Source: Clostridiaceae bacterium
Lineage (GTDB): Bacteria; Bacillota; Clostridia; Saccharofermentanales; DTU023
Direction: 5' to 3'
NCBI GenBank assembly: GCA_012518845.1
Contig: JAAYRJ010000047.1
Span: forward strand, 1-53,687
DNA: 53,687 nucleotides
The notes under the pieces: generated by a model
Told to the model about the DNA's origin: nothing
The model's database searches: none
The model's input: only the letters and a program-made list of their open reading frames with translations
Part shown: positions 1 through 10,844 of the stretch, piece after piece
How positions within the stretch are numbered: the stretch's first letter is position 1
How the letters are laid out: every line of letters starts with the position of its first letter
Program-made: the position numbers and the translations under genes

Positions 1-43
1 CTGTTGCACCTCCAGCAACCCCACCCACAACAATTATTCTCAT
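1..43 (-). CDS. N-terminal end only of an FAD/NAD(P)-binding pyridine nucleotide-disulfide oxidoreductase (NADH oxidase / CoA-disulfide reductase-like); the gene runs off the window
   Basis: Reverse complement of 1-43 reads MRIIVVGGVAGGAT, a GxGxxG Rossmann start. A GGAGG Shine-Dalgarno (plus-strand cctcc at 49-53) lies 5 nt upstream of the ATG at 43-41. Confidence 0.5.
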   Translation of the reverse strand, partial: MRIIVVGGVAGGAT

Positions 44-295
44 ATTTTCCTCCGTTTTAACAAGTTATTAAATAATCTAATATTCGCTTATAAAAACATT
101 ATAGTGCGATTATCAACAAATTCAATTATGAAAATAAAATACTTAGAATTGTTTTTGTTTGATAGTCCAAGTTAAAAAGTGCTATGATCAACTGAATATA
201 TTTTTTATAATTTTTTCTGCAAATTTCAGTGTATGAGAATTATATGGTCCAATATATTACAGGAGGTAGAAGACACTAGATAGTCTTAAAAATAT

Positions 296-1528
296 ATGTA
301 TAAATTCATTAAAGATATTTCACCAGCAGAGCTTGATGCTTTTGTGGAGCAACACCCAGCTTGTCATCTGCTACAATCATCTGCCTGGGGGCATGTTAAA
401 GAAAATTGGGAGCCCTATTATGCTGGTGTTGAAGAAAATGGCAAACTTGTCGCAACAGCAGTAATTTTATCTCGTCCAGTTATTTTTGGTAAAACTTTTT
501 GGTATATTCCCAGGGGCCCAATTTTAGATTATCATAATCAGGACTTGCTCAAATTTTTCTTAGAAGAAATTATAAAATGGAGTAAAGAAAAATCTTGTGC
601 TTTTTTACGAATTGACTCGGGCTATGAAAGAAGCATTCATTATATGGATGATGACGATCAAGAACCTTTATTTCCACTAAATGATGAAACAATTTTAGCC
701 ACATTCAAGGAGGCTAATTTTGAGCATCAAGGCTTTACGATGCAAATGGACGAAAGTATCCAGCCTCGCTTTACAGCCACGGTCTATGCCGAGGATGTAG
801 CTGATGGTTATCCCAGACGTATCCGTCGTTTTATCAAGGAGTCAGAAAAAAACTACGTTGAAATAACTAAAGAAGGGCCAGAAGCTTTGCCAGATTTTAT
901 GTTTGTACTATCGTGTACCGAAGAAGAGAAAGATATTAATTTAAGAGATCAATCTTATTTTGAAAGATTGTTCGAATTATACGGCGATAAAGTTCAGTTA
1001 TATATGGCTAGGTTACCCTTAAAGAAAGCTATTGAATCTGAAAAGATTAAACTCCAAGAATTAGAAGAAAATATGGCCAATTTGCCTGAATCTGCTCCTA
1101 AAAGAAAAATTCAATTGGAGGAGCAAATATCCTCCGTAAAGCGCTTTTCGAAATTTTTTGAAGACCAACATAAGATAGATGGCGATGAAGCAATTTTGGC
1201 AGGTGCTTTTTCAGTTCATTATGGTAACAATACAGAAATTCTATATGCAGGAATGAATCGTACTTATAGCAAAATCTCTGCTCAAGTACCAGTGTTTATA
1301 GAGACTATGGAGGAAGCATTTGAAGCAGGTGCAGAAAAAGCGAGCATGGGCGGAATTCCAGGCACAGAAGATGATGGCTTAACTCGTTTTAAAAGATTTT
1401 TTAGACCTAGAGTTGTTGAATATTTGGGTGAATTTGATTATGTTCATAACTCTTTAATCTATTGGGCATTTAATAATCTATTACCAATTTATACAAAAAT
1501 TCGTAAGAAATTAAGTGGAAACAATTAA
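296..1528 (+). CDS. FemAB-family aminoacyl-tRNA-dependent peptidoglycan interpeptide bridge transferase (FemX/MurM-like)
   Basis: 410 aa. N-terminus ...FVEQHPACHLLQSSAWGHVKENW...FWYIPRGP, a central coiled-coil insertion (KLQELEENMANLPESAPKRKIQLEEQISS) and a C-terminal ILYAGMN...FKRFF segment match the FemAB layout. Confidence 0.8.
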   Translation: MYKFIKDISPAELDAFVEQHPACHLLQSSAWGHVKENWEPYYAGVEENGKLVATAVILSRPVIFGKTFWYIPRGPILDYHNQDLLKFFLEEIIKWSKEKSCAFLRIDSGYERSIHYMDDDDQEPLFPLNDETILATFKEANFEHQGFTMQMDESIQPRFTATVYAEDVADGYPRRIRRFIKESEKNYVEITKEGPEALPDFMFVLSCTEEEKDINLRDQSYFERLFELYGDKVQLYMARLPLKKAIESEKIKLQELEENMANLPESAPKRKIQLEEQISSVKRFSKFFEDQHKIDGDEAILAGAFSVHYGNNTEILYAGMNRTYSKISAQVPVFIETMEEAFEAGAEKASMGGIPGTEDDGLTRFKRFFRPRVVEYLGEFDYVHNSLIYWAFNNLLPIYTKIRKKLSGNN

Positions 1529-1570
1529 GTCTGCTCACAAACAGCAAATTTTTTAATAAAGAAATTTACC

Positions 1571-1599
1571 TTGCTAATTAAGATTTTATTTGCTATATT
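1571..1599 (+). promoter_or_regulatory. Putative sigma-A promoter for the T-box leader/alaA
   Basis: TTGCTA (1571-1576), 17-nt spacer, TATATT (1594-1599). This places a transcription start about 255 nt upstream of the leader terminator. Confidence 0.45.
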
Positions 1600-1619
1600 T
1601 ATTCTAAATTTGAATATTA

Positions 1620-1862
1620 AGGCTATGAAGAGGATAAAGTTAATCAAATAACAATTAGTTGATTGACAGGCCACCTCGGAGCTGCGGATAGAACGGGAGT
1701 GCTCGATTGTACAACTAAGTAAGATTCGCTGTTAGTCCTGACAGTATAGGATAAGGTATTTATACCGTTGAGTGCGGTTAATTGTGAGGTTAATCGAATT
1801 TAGGTGGTAACACGGAATTTTAATTTCGCCCTAAGCAGGTTATTTGCTTAGGGTATTTTTTA
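1620..1862 (+). promoter_or_regulatory. T-box riboswitch leader (tRNA-sensing transcription attenuator) upstream of the aminotransferase gene
   Basis: The T-box sequence AATTTAGGTGGTAACACGG (1797-1815) matches consensus AAUUAGGGUGGUACCGCG. The antiterminator can form TTAGG (1799-1803) with CCTAA (1830-1834), leaving a UGGUAAC bulge. The competing terminator is CCCTAAGCA (1829-1837) / TGCTTAGGG (1845-1853) followed by TATTTTTT. An F-box-like CCGTTG lies at 1765-1770. GA-motif-like ATGAAGAGG (1625-1633) and CCTGACAG (1737-1744) could form the stem I base. Confidence 0.75.
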
Positions 1863-1883
1863 TGGAATAGAGGTATTGAAAAA

Positions 1884-3134
1884 ATGAGAACCTTTCAAAA
1901 ATCATCAAAATTGTTTAATGTTGCATATGATGTTAGAGGACCTGTGGTGGATGAAGCCATGCGGATGGAAAAAGAAGGGATTGAAATTTTAAAGTTGAAT
2001 ATCGGTAATCCTGCCCCTTTTGGTTTTGAAGCACCACAGGAAGTACTTAATGTAGTTGAACAGGAAATACCAAACTCACAAGGTTACACAGATTCTAAAG
2101 GGATCCTTGAAACAAGAGAAGCAATAGCAGCTTATCACAGGAGTCGAGGTATCGAAGGTGTAAGTGCGGACGATATCTACACAGGAAACGGTGTTTCTGA
2201 ATTAATACAAATTTGTATGATGGCATTGCTAGATCATGGAGATGAAATCTTAGTTCCAGCTCCAGATTATCCATTATGGACAGCCATGGCGACCTTGGCC
2301 GGCGGCAGTGTACGTCATTATTTATGCGATGAAAAATCTAATTGGAATCCAGATATTAATGATATTAAGAAAAAGATTACCCCAAAGACTAAGGCGATTG
2401 TAATCATTAATCCTAACAATCCAACTGGTGTAGTTTATAGTGAAGAAATCTTAAAAGAAATTGTAGATATAGCTCGCAAACATCGTTTGATTATTTTTAG
2501 TGATGAAATTTATGATCGTATTTGTATGGATGGTGTTAAACATACATCGATCGCTGCTTTAGCACCTGATTTATTTTGTATCACAATGAATGGTTTATCC
2601 AAGTCACATTTAATTGCTGGCTTTAGAATTGGTTGGATGTGCTTATCTGGACCCAAAGTTGCGGTTAGAGGTTATATTGAAGGTCTTAATATGATGTCTT
2701 CAATGCGTCTTTGTTCTAATGCGATTGCCCAACATGCAGTTCCCGTTGCTCTCAACTGTACAGAAGAAACAAAGGCATTGATTGCACCAGGTGGCAGAAT
2801 ATATGAACAAAGAGAAGCCATTTGTAAAGCTATGGATAAAATAGAAGGACTTAGTTATGTCAAGCCACAAGCAGCATTTTATGTTTTTCCAAAGTTGGAT
2901 ACGGAGCGGTTTGGGATCGTCAGTGATGAAAAATTTGTCTTTGATTTTTTAAAGAAAGAACATGTGTTGTTGGTACGTGGAGGGGGTTTCCATTGGCCAG
3001 AACCTGATCATTTTAGAATTGTTTATTTGCCTGAAATTCCAGTCTTAGAAAAGGCTATAGCAAAGCTAGGAAACTTTTTGCAGGATTATCGTCAAGATAA
3101 CAGTGACCGTCGATATCATTTTACACATAATTAA
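1884..3134 (+). CDS. alaA: Class I PLP-dependent aminotransferase, AlaA (glutamate-pyruvate / alanine aminotransferase) type
   Basis: 416 aa, colinear by recall with E. coli AlaA/YfbQ: SSKL.NV.YD.RGPV, LKLNIGNPAPFGF, YTGNGVSELI, LVPAPDYPLWTA, IVIINPNNPTG, PLP-lysine context NGLSKSHLIAGFR.GW, PGGR.YEQR. Confidence 0.8.
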   Translation: MRTFQKSSKLFNVAYDVRGPVVDEAMRMEKEGIEILKLNIGNPAPFGFEAPQEVLNVVEQEIPNSQGYTDSKGILETREAIAAYHRSRGIEGVSADDIYTGNGVSELIQICMMALLDHGDEILVPAPDYPLWTAMATLAGGSVRHYLCDEKSNWNPDINDIKKKITPKTKAIVIINPNNPTGVVYSEEILKEIVDIARKHRLIIFSDEIYDRICMDGVKHTSIAALAPDLFCITMNGLSKSHLIAGFRIGWMCLSGPKVAVRGYIEGLNMMSSMRLCSNAIAQHAVPVALNCTEETKALIAPGGRIYEQREAICKAMDKIEGLSYVKPQAAFYVFPKLDTERFGIVSDEKFVFDFLKKEHVLLVRGGGFHWPEPDHFRIVYLPEIPVLEKAIAKLGNFLQDYRQDNSDRRYHFTHN

Positions 3135-3163
3135 TTGATTAAGTGTTAAAATTTATACGATCT

Positions 3164-3195
3164 AAAACAGCCAGTTTAACTAGCTGGCTGTTTTT
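3164..3195 (+). terminator. Rho-independent terminator after alaA
   Basis: CAGCCAG (3168-3174) pairs with CTGGCTG (3184-3190), followed by TTTTT. Confidence 0.75.
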
Positions 3196-3304
3196 ACTTA
3201 CAAGATATTACCATTTTCTTTTTTTCATTGCATTTGACCATGTAAAGTGATAACCTCTTTTTTATAAATAAAAATACAAAAATAATGGTGGAAATTGATA
3301 ATCT

Positions 3305-4396
3305 ATGAAACAAACATTGCTTTATGAATCTCATCAGAAATTGAACGCAAAAATGGTTGATTTTGCTGGCTGGAATATGCCATTGCAATACACAGGTATC
3401 AAGGACGAAACATTAGCAGTAAGAAAAGATGTTGGAGTTTTTGATGTTTCACATATGGGTGAAATTTTTGTTTCAGGCAAAGATGCTGCTGAATTTCTTG
3501 ATTATATTTTGTCAAGAAAAATTAGTGATAAAAATCCTGCGCTAACAAATTACGCATTTCTTTGTTATGAAGATGGTGGCGTCGTAGATGATTTAATGGT
3601 TTATCAATTAAACCCAGAGTTATTTATGCTTGTAGTCAATGCTGCTAATACCGAGAAAGATTTTGCCTATATCCAAGAGGTCTTAGCTGATTTTCCAAAA
3701 AAATCAGGTGTTTTGGTTGAAGATAGATCGGATATTTATGGACTACTTGCTGTTCAAGGCAAAGACAGTCTGGAGCCAGTCCAAGATGCTTTAGCAAATG
3801 TTTTTCCAGACTTAGGCCTTGTGTCCAAATTAGAAGAACTAAAAAGATTTAGGCAAATGCATTTACCCTTAGAGGAAGCATTATTAATCATTTCAAGAAC
3901 TGGCTATACAGGCGAGGATGGTTATGAAATATATATACCACAAAAATACGTAGTTTCTTTATGGGACAGCATTTTAGAATCTGGCGTTAAACCTTGTGGT
4001 TTAGGTGCCAGAGATGCACTACGTTTAGAGGCAGGCTTGGTACTATACGGCAATGAGATTTCTGAACAAATAAATCCGATAGAAGCAGGCTTGACAAAGT
4101 TTGTTGATTTAAATCGTAATTTTGTTGGCTCCAAAATGTCAGAAACTTATCGTTATAAAATCATCGCAATCAAAGCGACAGATAGAAGCATACCAAGAGA
4201 AAACTATAAAGTTTTTTATCAGGGAGAACAGATTGGCAAAATAACATCAGGTAGTTTTTCACCTACTTTAAATAAAGGTATTGCTTTTGCCTTAGTCTCG
4301 CCAGAACTACCAGACGATGCAAAAACTGTTCAAATTGAAGTTAGAAGAAAACAAGCGGATTTTTTAATAACAGAAACACCATTTATACAATTTTAG
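3305..4396 (+). CDS. gcvT: Glycine cleavage system T protein (aminomethyltransferase)
   Basis: 363 aa. Shows ...LYESHQKLNAKMVDFAGWNMPLQY...GVFDVSHMGE...ISRTGYTGEDGYEI...GLGARDALRLEAG, typical GcvT motifs. It is first in a gcv gene order. Confidence 0.95.
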   Translation: MKQTLLYESHQKLNAKMVDFAGWNMPLQYTGIKDETLAVRKDVGVFDVSHMGEIFVSGKDAAEFLDYILSRKISDKNPALTNYAFLCYEDGGVVDDLMVYQLNPELFMLVVNAANTEKDFAYIQEVLADFPKKSGVLVEDRSDIYGLLAVQGKDSLEPVQDALANVFPDLGLVSKLEELKRFRQMHLPLEEALLIISRTGYTGEDGYEIYIPQKYVVSLWDSILESGVKPCGLGARDALRLEAGLVLYGNEISEQINPIEAGLTKFVDLNRNFVGSKMSETYRYKIIAIKATDRSIPRENYKVFYQGEQIGKITSGSFSPTLNKGIAFALVSPELPDDAKTVQIEVRRKQADFLITETPFIQF

Positions 4397-4405
4397 GAGG
4401 ATCTT

Positions 4406-4789
4406 ATGATAGAAATAAAAAATGATCGTTATTATGCAGAAACACATGAATGGATTTTATTTGAAGACGATATTGCTTATATTGGCATTACCGACTTTGC
4501 TCAATCAGAGTTAGGTGATATTGTTTATGTAGAGTCTGAGGAAGAAGGCGAGCTGTTTGAACAAGGTGAAATTTTTGGCAGTGTAGAATCAGTAAAAATG
4601 GCGTCTGACCTTTATATGCCAATAGACGGTGAAATTTTAGAGTTTAATGAAATCTTGGCCGATGAACCAGAATTAATCAATGAAGATGCTTATGAAAATT
4701 GGATTATCAAAGTTAAGGTCACAAATCCGGATCAGCAAAATGATCTACTTGGCGTCAAAGAATATCAAGCTGTTATAGATGAAGAATAA
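4406..4789 (+). CDS. gcvH: Glycine cleavage system H protein (lipoyl carrier)
   Basis: 127 aa. Shows YY.ETHEW......AYIGITDFAQSELGDIVYVE and lipoyl-lysine context VESVKMASDLYMP. GGAGG RBS at 4396-4400. Confidence 0.95.
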   Translation: MIEIKNDRYYAETHEWILFEDDIAYIGITDFAQSELGDIVYVESEEEGELFEQGEIFGSVESVKMASDLYMPIDGEILEFNEILADEPELINEDAYENWIIKVKVTNPDQQNDLLGVKEYQAVIDEE

Positions 4790-4814
4790 TTCAATTTAGT
4801 TTAATATTTTTTCT

Positions 4815-4852
4815 GCCGGATTGCTTTTTTTGAAGCAGTCCGGCTTTGTTTT
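4815..4852 (+). terminator. Strong intrinsic terminator/attenuator between gcvH and gcvPA
   Basis: GCCGGATTGC (4815-4824) pairs with GCAGTCCGGC (4835-4844): 10 bp including one G-U, followed by TTTGTTTT. Confidence 0.7.
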
Positions 4853-4897
4853 ATAATAATAGATATGTAACTAAAAAAGAGAACAAGGAGAAACTAA

Positions 4898-6253
4898 ATG
4901 AGTGGCTATATACCGATTAATCGTGAAAAACGTAGCGAACTTCTCGAATCAGTAGGAATTAAACTTGAAAATATTTTTGATTCAATTCCTGACGATATTA
5001 AATTAAAAAATATCGAAAACTTGAATCTGCCGATGGAAGGTATGAGTGAGTCTGAAATTGTTGAAGCCTTAAGTGAATTAGCGGAACGCAACAAACGAGT
5101 TGATCAATATGATTCATATTTAGGGGCAGGATTTTATGACCATTATATTCCTGCTGTAATAAACCATATCATAGGCAGGCAGGAGTTTTTGACTTCATAC
5201 ACACCTTATCAAGCAGAAATGTCACAAGGAACTTTGCAAGCAATTTTCGAATGGCAAAGTTATATTTGTCGGCTGACAGGTCTTGATGTTTCTAACTCCT
5301 CTATGTATGATGGCGCATCTGCAGCGGCAGAGGCATTATTACTTGCGTGTCGTCAAACACGTAAAGAAAAAGTTTGGGTTTCAGAGGGTTTGAATCCAGA
5401 ATATATCGAAACTATCAAAACTTATTTTGAATCTGGTGGACTAGAGGTAGAGATAGGCAAATTAAATGAACAAGGTACAAGTGCTGGTACATATCCAGAA
5501 GGTAATGATTATGCTGCATTTATGATTCAAAGTCCTAACTTTTTTGGAATAGTTGAAGACCAAGCAGAACTAGTAGAAACAGCGCATATGAACAAAGCAA
5601 TGGCAGTGGTTTCCGCTGATCCTATTAGTCTTGGTTTGTTAAAAAAACCTGGTGATTATGGAGTGGATATAGCTTGCGGAGAAGCACAACCTTTAGGTGT
5701 ACCTTTAAATTTCGGTGGCCCCGCTGTTGGTTATTTAGCAGCCAAAAATAGACTACTAAGAAAGATGCCAGGTAGAATTGCAGGACTTACAAAAGATAGT
5801 GAAGGCAAGCAAGCGATTGTATTAACTATACAGGCTAGAGAACAACATATTAGACGTGAAAAAGCCACATCTAATATTTGTACAAACCAAGCTTTATTAG
5901 CAACAGCAGCGACCATTTATCTTGCTCTTAATGGTAAAAGTGGCTTAAAAGAAGTTGCAGAACAATCAGCCGCCAAAGCAATTTATTTAGAACAAGCCTT
6001 ATTAGCTACTGGTTATTTTGAAAAAGTATATGATTCACCATTCTTTAGAGAATTTGCAATTCGCCTAAAAGATGAAATAAACCTAACAACTAATGATTTA
6101 AACAACAAATTGTTAGAAAAAGAGATTATTGGTGGTGTTGCACTTGATGATCGTATTTGGCTATTAGCTGTAACTGAAAAGAAAAGCAAAGAAAAAATGG
6201 ATCAATTTGTTGCCAATGTAGTTAATATAATTTTAGAAGAAGGGAGTAAATAA
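4898..6253 (+). CDS. gcvPA: Glycine dehydrogenase (decarboxylating) subunit 1 (P-protein alpha)
   Basis: 451 aa. Shows ...[44 protein letters not shown]..., the typical GcvPA N-terminal region. Its stop overlaps the next start (6253). Confidence 0.95.
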   Translation: MSGYIPINREKRSELLESVGIKLENIFDSIPDDIKLKNIENLNLPMEGMSESEIVEALSELAERNKRVDQYDSYLGAGFYDHYIPAVINHIIGRQEFLTSYTPYQAEMSQGTLQAIFEWQSYICRLTGLDVSNSSMYDGASAAAEALLLACRQTRKEKVWVSEGLNPEYIETIKTYFESGGLEVEIGKLNEQGTSAGTYPEGNDYAAFMIQSPNFFGIVEDQAELVETAHMNKAMAVVSADPISLGLLKKPGDYGVDIACGEAQPLGVPLNFGGPAVGYLAAKNRLLRKMPGRIAGLTKDSEGKQAIVLTIQAREQHIRREKATSNICTNQALLATAATIYLALNGKSGLKEVAEQSAAKAIYLEQALLATGYFEKVYDSPFFREFAIRLKDEINLTTNDLNNKLLEKEIIGGVALDDRIWLLAVTEKKSKEKMDQFVANVVNIILEEGSK

Positions 6254-7704
6254 TGATTCAAGAAACTCCATTAATTTTTGATTTGCCGCAAAATGCTGAT
6301 AAACAAAATCGTTTGATCAAAGCATGTGATGTAAAAAAACCTGACTTTAAGGAATATTATCAAGAAGATTATGCAGAAACTCTACCAGATATTCCTGATC
6401 TGGCCGAAATTCAAGTAGTTAGACATTTTACAAATATGTCTTCCAAAAACTTTGGGGTGGAGAATGGGCCTTATATTCTTGGTTCATGTACGATGAAATA
6501 TAACCCTAAGATCAATGAAGACATGGCTGCTTTGCCTGGATTTAATAATACTCATCCACTACAACCAAGCGAAACTGTTCAAGGAAATTTAGAACTCTTA
6601 TATCGTTTAGAAATTCTACTAAATGAAATTTTTGGTATGGATGCCTTTACCTTCCAGCCTTCAGCCGGTGCTCATGGTGAATTGGTTGGGGTGATGATGA
6701 TCAAAGCCTACCATCAAGCACGTCAAGATACTAAAAGGAAAATCATGTTAATTCCTGATTCTGCTCACGGCACAAATCCCGCCTCAGCAGCGATGGCTGA
6801 ATTTGATATACGTGAAGTAAAATCTAATCAGCATGGGAGGGTGGATTTAGATGATTTAAAGAATAAATTAGATGATACTGTAGCTGGAATTATGCTTACA
6901 AATCCTAATACTTTAGGTATTTTTGAAGATGAAGTCAAAGAAATGACAGATCTAGTGCATGCGGCAGGAGGACTTTGCTATTATGACGGCGCTAACGCAA
7001 ATGCTATTTTAATGCAAACTAGACCAGGAGATATGGGTTTTGATGTAGTTCATCTTAATGTTCATAAAACCTTCTCGACTCCACATGGTGGTGGTGGACC
7101 CGGTGCTGGTCCAGTTGGAGTAAAAGATATCCTAAAGCCATTTTTACCTACCCCAGTAGTCGAAAAGAAAAACGATCAATTTGTTTTGGATCACGATCTT
7201 CCTCAAAGTATTGGCAAGGTTAGAGCCTTTACTGGTTCTTTTGGGATCTACATTCGTACTTATGCCTACATTTTGACCTACGGCGCTGAAGGTTTAAAAG
7301 AAGTTTCTGAAGCAGCAGTAGCAAACGCAAATTACTTATTGGAAAAGTTACGCAATCACTATGAATTACCTTTTGATGTACCGCCCATGCATGAATTTGT
7401 TATTACAGGTCAAAAACAAAAGAAAGAAAATGGTGTTAAAACTACTGATATTGCGAAACGTTTGATAGATTTAGGTTTCCATCCGCCAACAGTATATTTC
7501 CCTTTAATTGTGCCAGAAGCAATGATGATCGAACCAACCGAAACAGAAACAGAAGAAGGTCTAGAAGGTCTGGTCTCAGCGTTTATTCAAATTGCAAAAG
7601 AGGCTAAGTCAGATCCTGATCTGCTAAAAACCTCTCCACATCATATGCCAATTAGAAGACCAGATGAAACTTTAGCAGCAAGAAAACCTATCTTAAAAGC
7701 TTGA
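6253..7704 (+). CDS. gcvPB: Glycine dehydrogenase (decarboxylating) subunit 2 (P-protein beta)
   Basis: 483 aa. PLP-lysine motif [24 protein letters not shown] overlaps the gcvPA TAA (ATAATG). Confidence 0.95.
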   Translation: MIQETPLIFDLPQNADKQNRLIKACDVKKPDFKEYYQEDYAETLPDIPDLAEIQVVRHFTNMSSKNFGVENGPYILGSCTMKYNPKINEDMAALPGFNNTHPLQPSETVQGNLELLYRLEILLNEIFGMDAFTFQPSAGAHGELVGVMMIKAYHQARQDTKRKIMLIPDSAHGTNPASAAMAEFDIREVKSNQHGRVDLDDLKNKLDDTVAGIMLTNPNTLGIFEDEVKEMTDLVHAAGGLCYYDGANANAILMQTRPGDMGFDVVHLNVHKTFSTPHGGGGPGAGPVGVKDILKPFLPTPVVEKKNDQFVLDHDLPQSIGKVRAFTGSFGIYIRTYAYILTYGAEGLKEVSEAAVANANYLLEKLRNHYELPFDVPPMHEFVITGQKQKKENGVKTTDIAKRLIDLGFHPPTVYFPLIVPEAMMIEPTETETEEGLEGLVSAFIQIAKEAKSDPDLLKTSPHHMPIRRPDETLAARKPILKA

Positions 7705-7915
7705 TTTAAACGTTTACAATCAAAGACAAAATAACAATATATTTGTGGATAAGTGGCAACTTTTTAGTGAAATTGCCACTTTATAAAAAAATCAGTGTTA
7801 AAGATAAAAATTATTTGAAAATAAAGAGAAATTTTATTACTATTAAAGTGTTATAAAAACAATTAATTCAAGCGCGTTATTTTAGTAAAAACGCAAAGAA
7901 ATCGGGAGGATTTAA

Positions 7916-8995
<1,080 letters not shown>

Positions 8996-9021
8996 TCCAA
9001 AGCTAATACAATAATTAACAG

Positions 9022-9049
9022 GGCTGTCTAGATCTAGACAGCCTTTTTT
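9022..9049 (+). terminator. Rho-independent terminator after gap
   Basis: Perfect palindrome GGCTGTCTAGATCTAGACAGCC followed by TTTTTT. Confidence 0.85.
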
Positions 9050-9071
9050 CATGACAAATCTAGCCTAGATC

Positions 9072-9776
9072 GTGGAGGGGGAATTGGAATTTTTACAAAA
9101 TGTGATTCGAATTTTTATTGAGCGTAAAGAATTCTTTATAGAAATTTTGTTAGAGCATATTATGATTTGCTCGATAGCTATTGGACTTATTATCCTAATC
9201 GGTTTAACCGTAGGAATTTTAATGACAAAATCTAGAGTCCTAGCAAAAATTATGCTTTTTTTAACCAGCTTTCTTTACACAATTCCATCAATTGCTCTCT
9301 TTGGATTTTTTATCGCCTTCACAGGAATTGGTAACAAAACCGCTATTATTGTCTTAATCCTCTATGGTATTTTACCTATGGTGAGAAACACCTATATCGG
9401 AATAAAAGAAGTAGATGAGGAAGTTATTGAAGCAGCTGTTGCAATGGGTAGCAGTAGTTGGCAATTACTATATAAAATACAGCTACCGCTGGCTTTACCA
9501 GTTATTATGACAGGTATTAGAACAATGGTAATTATGGTAATTTCCTTAACGAGTATAGCTTCATTCATTGGAGCAGGAGGACTTGGAGTTGCTATTTATC
9601 GAGGTATAAATACTTACAACCTTGCCTTAACTTTTGCTGGTAGTTTATTAGTAGCTCTTTTAGCTCTCTTTACTGATTTTATAATAGGTCTTTTAAGCCG
9701 AAAATTAAATAAATATATTAGCAAAGATACAAAAGTAAGTAAGATTGGAGAAAAACAAAAGTATGAAAAAGTTTAA
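9072..9776 (+). CDS. ABC transporter permease, osmoprotectant (glycine betaine/choline/carnitine, OpuCB/OpuCD-like) family
   Basis: 234 aa, GTG start, multi-pass membrane protein. The EAA-loop-like segment EVDEEVIEAAVAMGSSSWQLLYKIQLPLALP is typical of the BPD-type permeases of OpuC/OpuB systems. Confidence 0.8.
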   Translation: MEGELEFLQNVIRIFIERKEFFIEILLEHIMICSIAIGLIILIGLTVGILMTKSRVLAKIMLFLTSFLYTIPSIALFGFFIAFTGIGNKTAIIVLILYGILPMVRNTYIGIKEVDEEVIEAAVAMGSSSWQLLYKIQLPLALPVIMTGIRTMVIMVISLTSIASFIGAGGLGVAIYRGINTYNLALTFAGSLLVALLALFTDFIIGLLSRKLNKYISKDTKVSKIGEKQKYEKV

Positions 9777-10797
9777 ATATCTAATAGCATTTTTATTGGT
9801 AGCGGTATTAATGTTAGGTGCGTGTAGCAACACAAACCAAGATAATTCAGATGAAGCTACAGAATCGGTTTCAGAAGCAGCTTTAAGCAATGATGACAAA
9901 GATGATGATGCAGAAGATGTAGAAGTAAAAGACGCAGAAGATGCAGAAATCGAAGATGCTGAAGAAGTTATTACTGACTCTGATAAAGAAATAGTAATCG
10001 GCTCAAAACCAATGCCTGAAGGTATTATTTTAGGAGAAATGTTGGCTCTACTTGTCGAGGAAAATACCGATATTGCCGTAGAGAGACAATTCGAACTAGG
10101 GGCTACACCTATATTACATGAAGCTATTTTAAACTCTGAAATTGATATTTATCCTGAATATACTGGTACAGGCTGGTTAAGTATTCTAAATCAAGAGCCA
10201 GTGCAAGATTCAACTGAATTATTTAATCAAGTTAAATCGGCTTATGAAGAAGAGTTCAACTTAACTTGGTCGCCAATGATTGGATTTAATAATACATATA
10301 CGATTATCGTTAATAATGCTACTGCTGAAGAATATAATTTGGAAACAATTAGTGATTTAGCAGAAGTTAGTGATCAGTTAATTTTTGGAGCAAATGGGGA
10401 TTTCTTTGAAAGAGCTGATGGCTTTCCATATGTAGAAGAAGAGTATGGCATGAATTTTAAAGAAACAACAGATATTGATATTGGTCTTAAATATCAAGCT
10501 TGTGTAGAAGATGAGATTCAAGCTACAACTGCCTTTACAACAGATGGTTATTTGAGCGAAAACAAAGTTAAATCTTTACAAGACGATAAACAAATATTTG
10601 CCATTTACGATGCGGCTTTTGTCTTGCGTCAAGAAATCTTAGATGAATATCCAGAACTAGTAGATGTATTAGAATTAACAAAGGATCTAATTAATGATCA
10701 AGAAATGCAAAAATTAAATTATGCAGCACAAGTCGAAGGCAAAGCTCATGAACAAATTGCTAAGGACTATTTGTTAGAAAAAGGATTAATCAATTAA
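9763..10797 (+). CDS. Osmoprotectant-binding lipoprotein of the ABC transporter (OpuCC/OpuBC-like substrate-binding protein)
   Basis: Lipoprotein signal peptide MKKFKYLIAFLLVAVLMLGAC with lipobox LGAC, then an acidic D/E-rich linker, then a substrate-binding domain (...PEYTGTGW...). The ORF track opens at TTG 9745. ATG 9763 gives the canonical signal peptide. Confidence 0.8.
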   Translation: MKKFKYLIAFLLVAVLMLGACSNTNQDNSDEATESVSEAALSNDDKDDDAEDVEVKDAEDAEIEDAEEVITDSDKEIVIGSKPMPEGIILGEMLALLVEENTDIAVERQFELGATPILHEAILNSEIDIYPEYTGTGWLSILNQEPVQDSTELFNQVKSAYEEEFNLTWSPMIGFNNTYTIIVNNATAEEYNLETISDLAEVSDQLIFGANGDFFERADGFPYVEEEYGMNFKETTDIDIGLKYQACVEDEIQATTAFTTDGYLSENKVKSLQDDKQIFAIYDAAFVLRQEILDEYPELVDVLELTKDLINDQEMQKLNYAAQVEGKAHEQIAKDYLLEKGLIN

Positions 10798-10844
10798 CTG
10801 CAGAAACAATGATGTTAGAATTGTTGTTTTTAGATTGAAAAAAT

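Noticed and set aside
3196-3304. Expected glycine riboswitch upstream of gcvT
   Set aside because: Only ~110 nt are available, and they lack the conserved GGAGAG / ACCGAAGGGGCAA-type aptamer cores. I therefore do not call a riboswitch here. A covariance-model scan would be decisive.
3194-3388. 64-aa minus-strand ORF spanning the gcvT start
   Set aside because: It overlaps the gcvT start codon and promoter region. It has no RBS, a hydrophobic junk-like sequence and no recognisable similarity.
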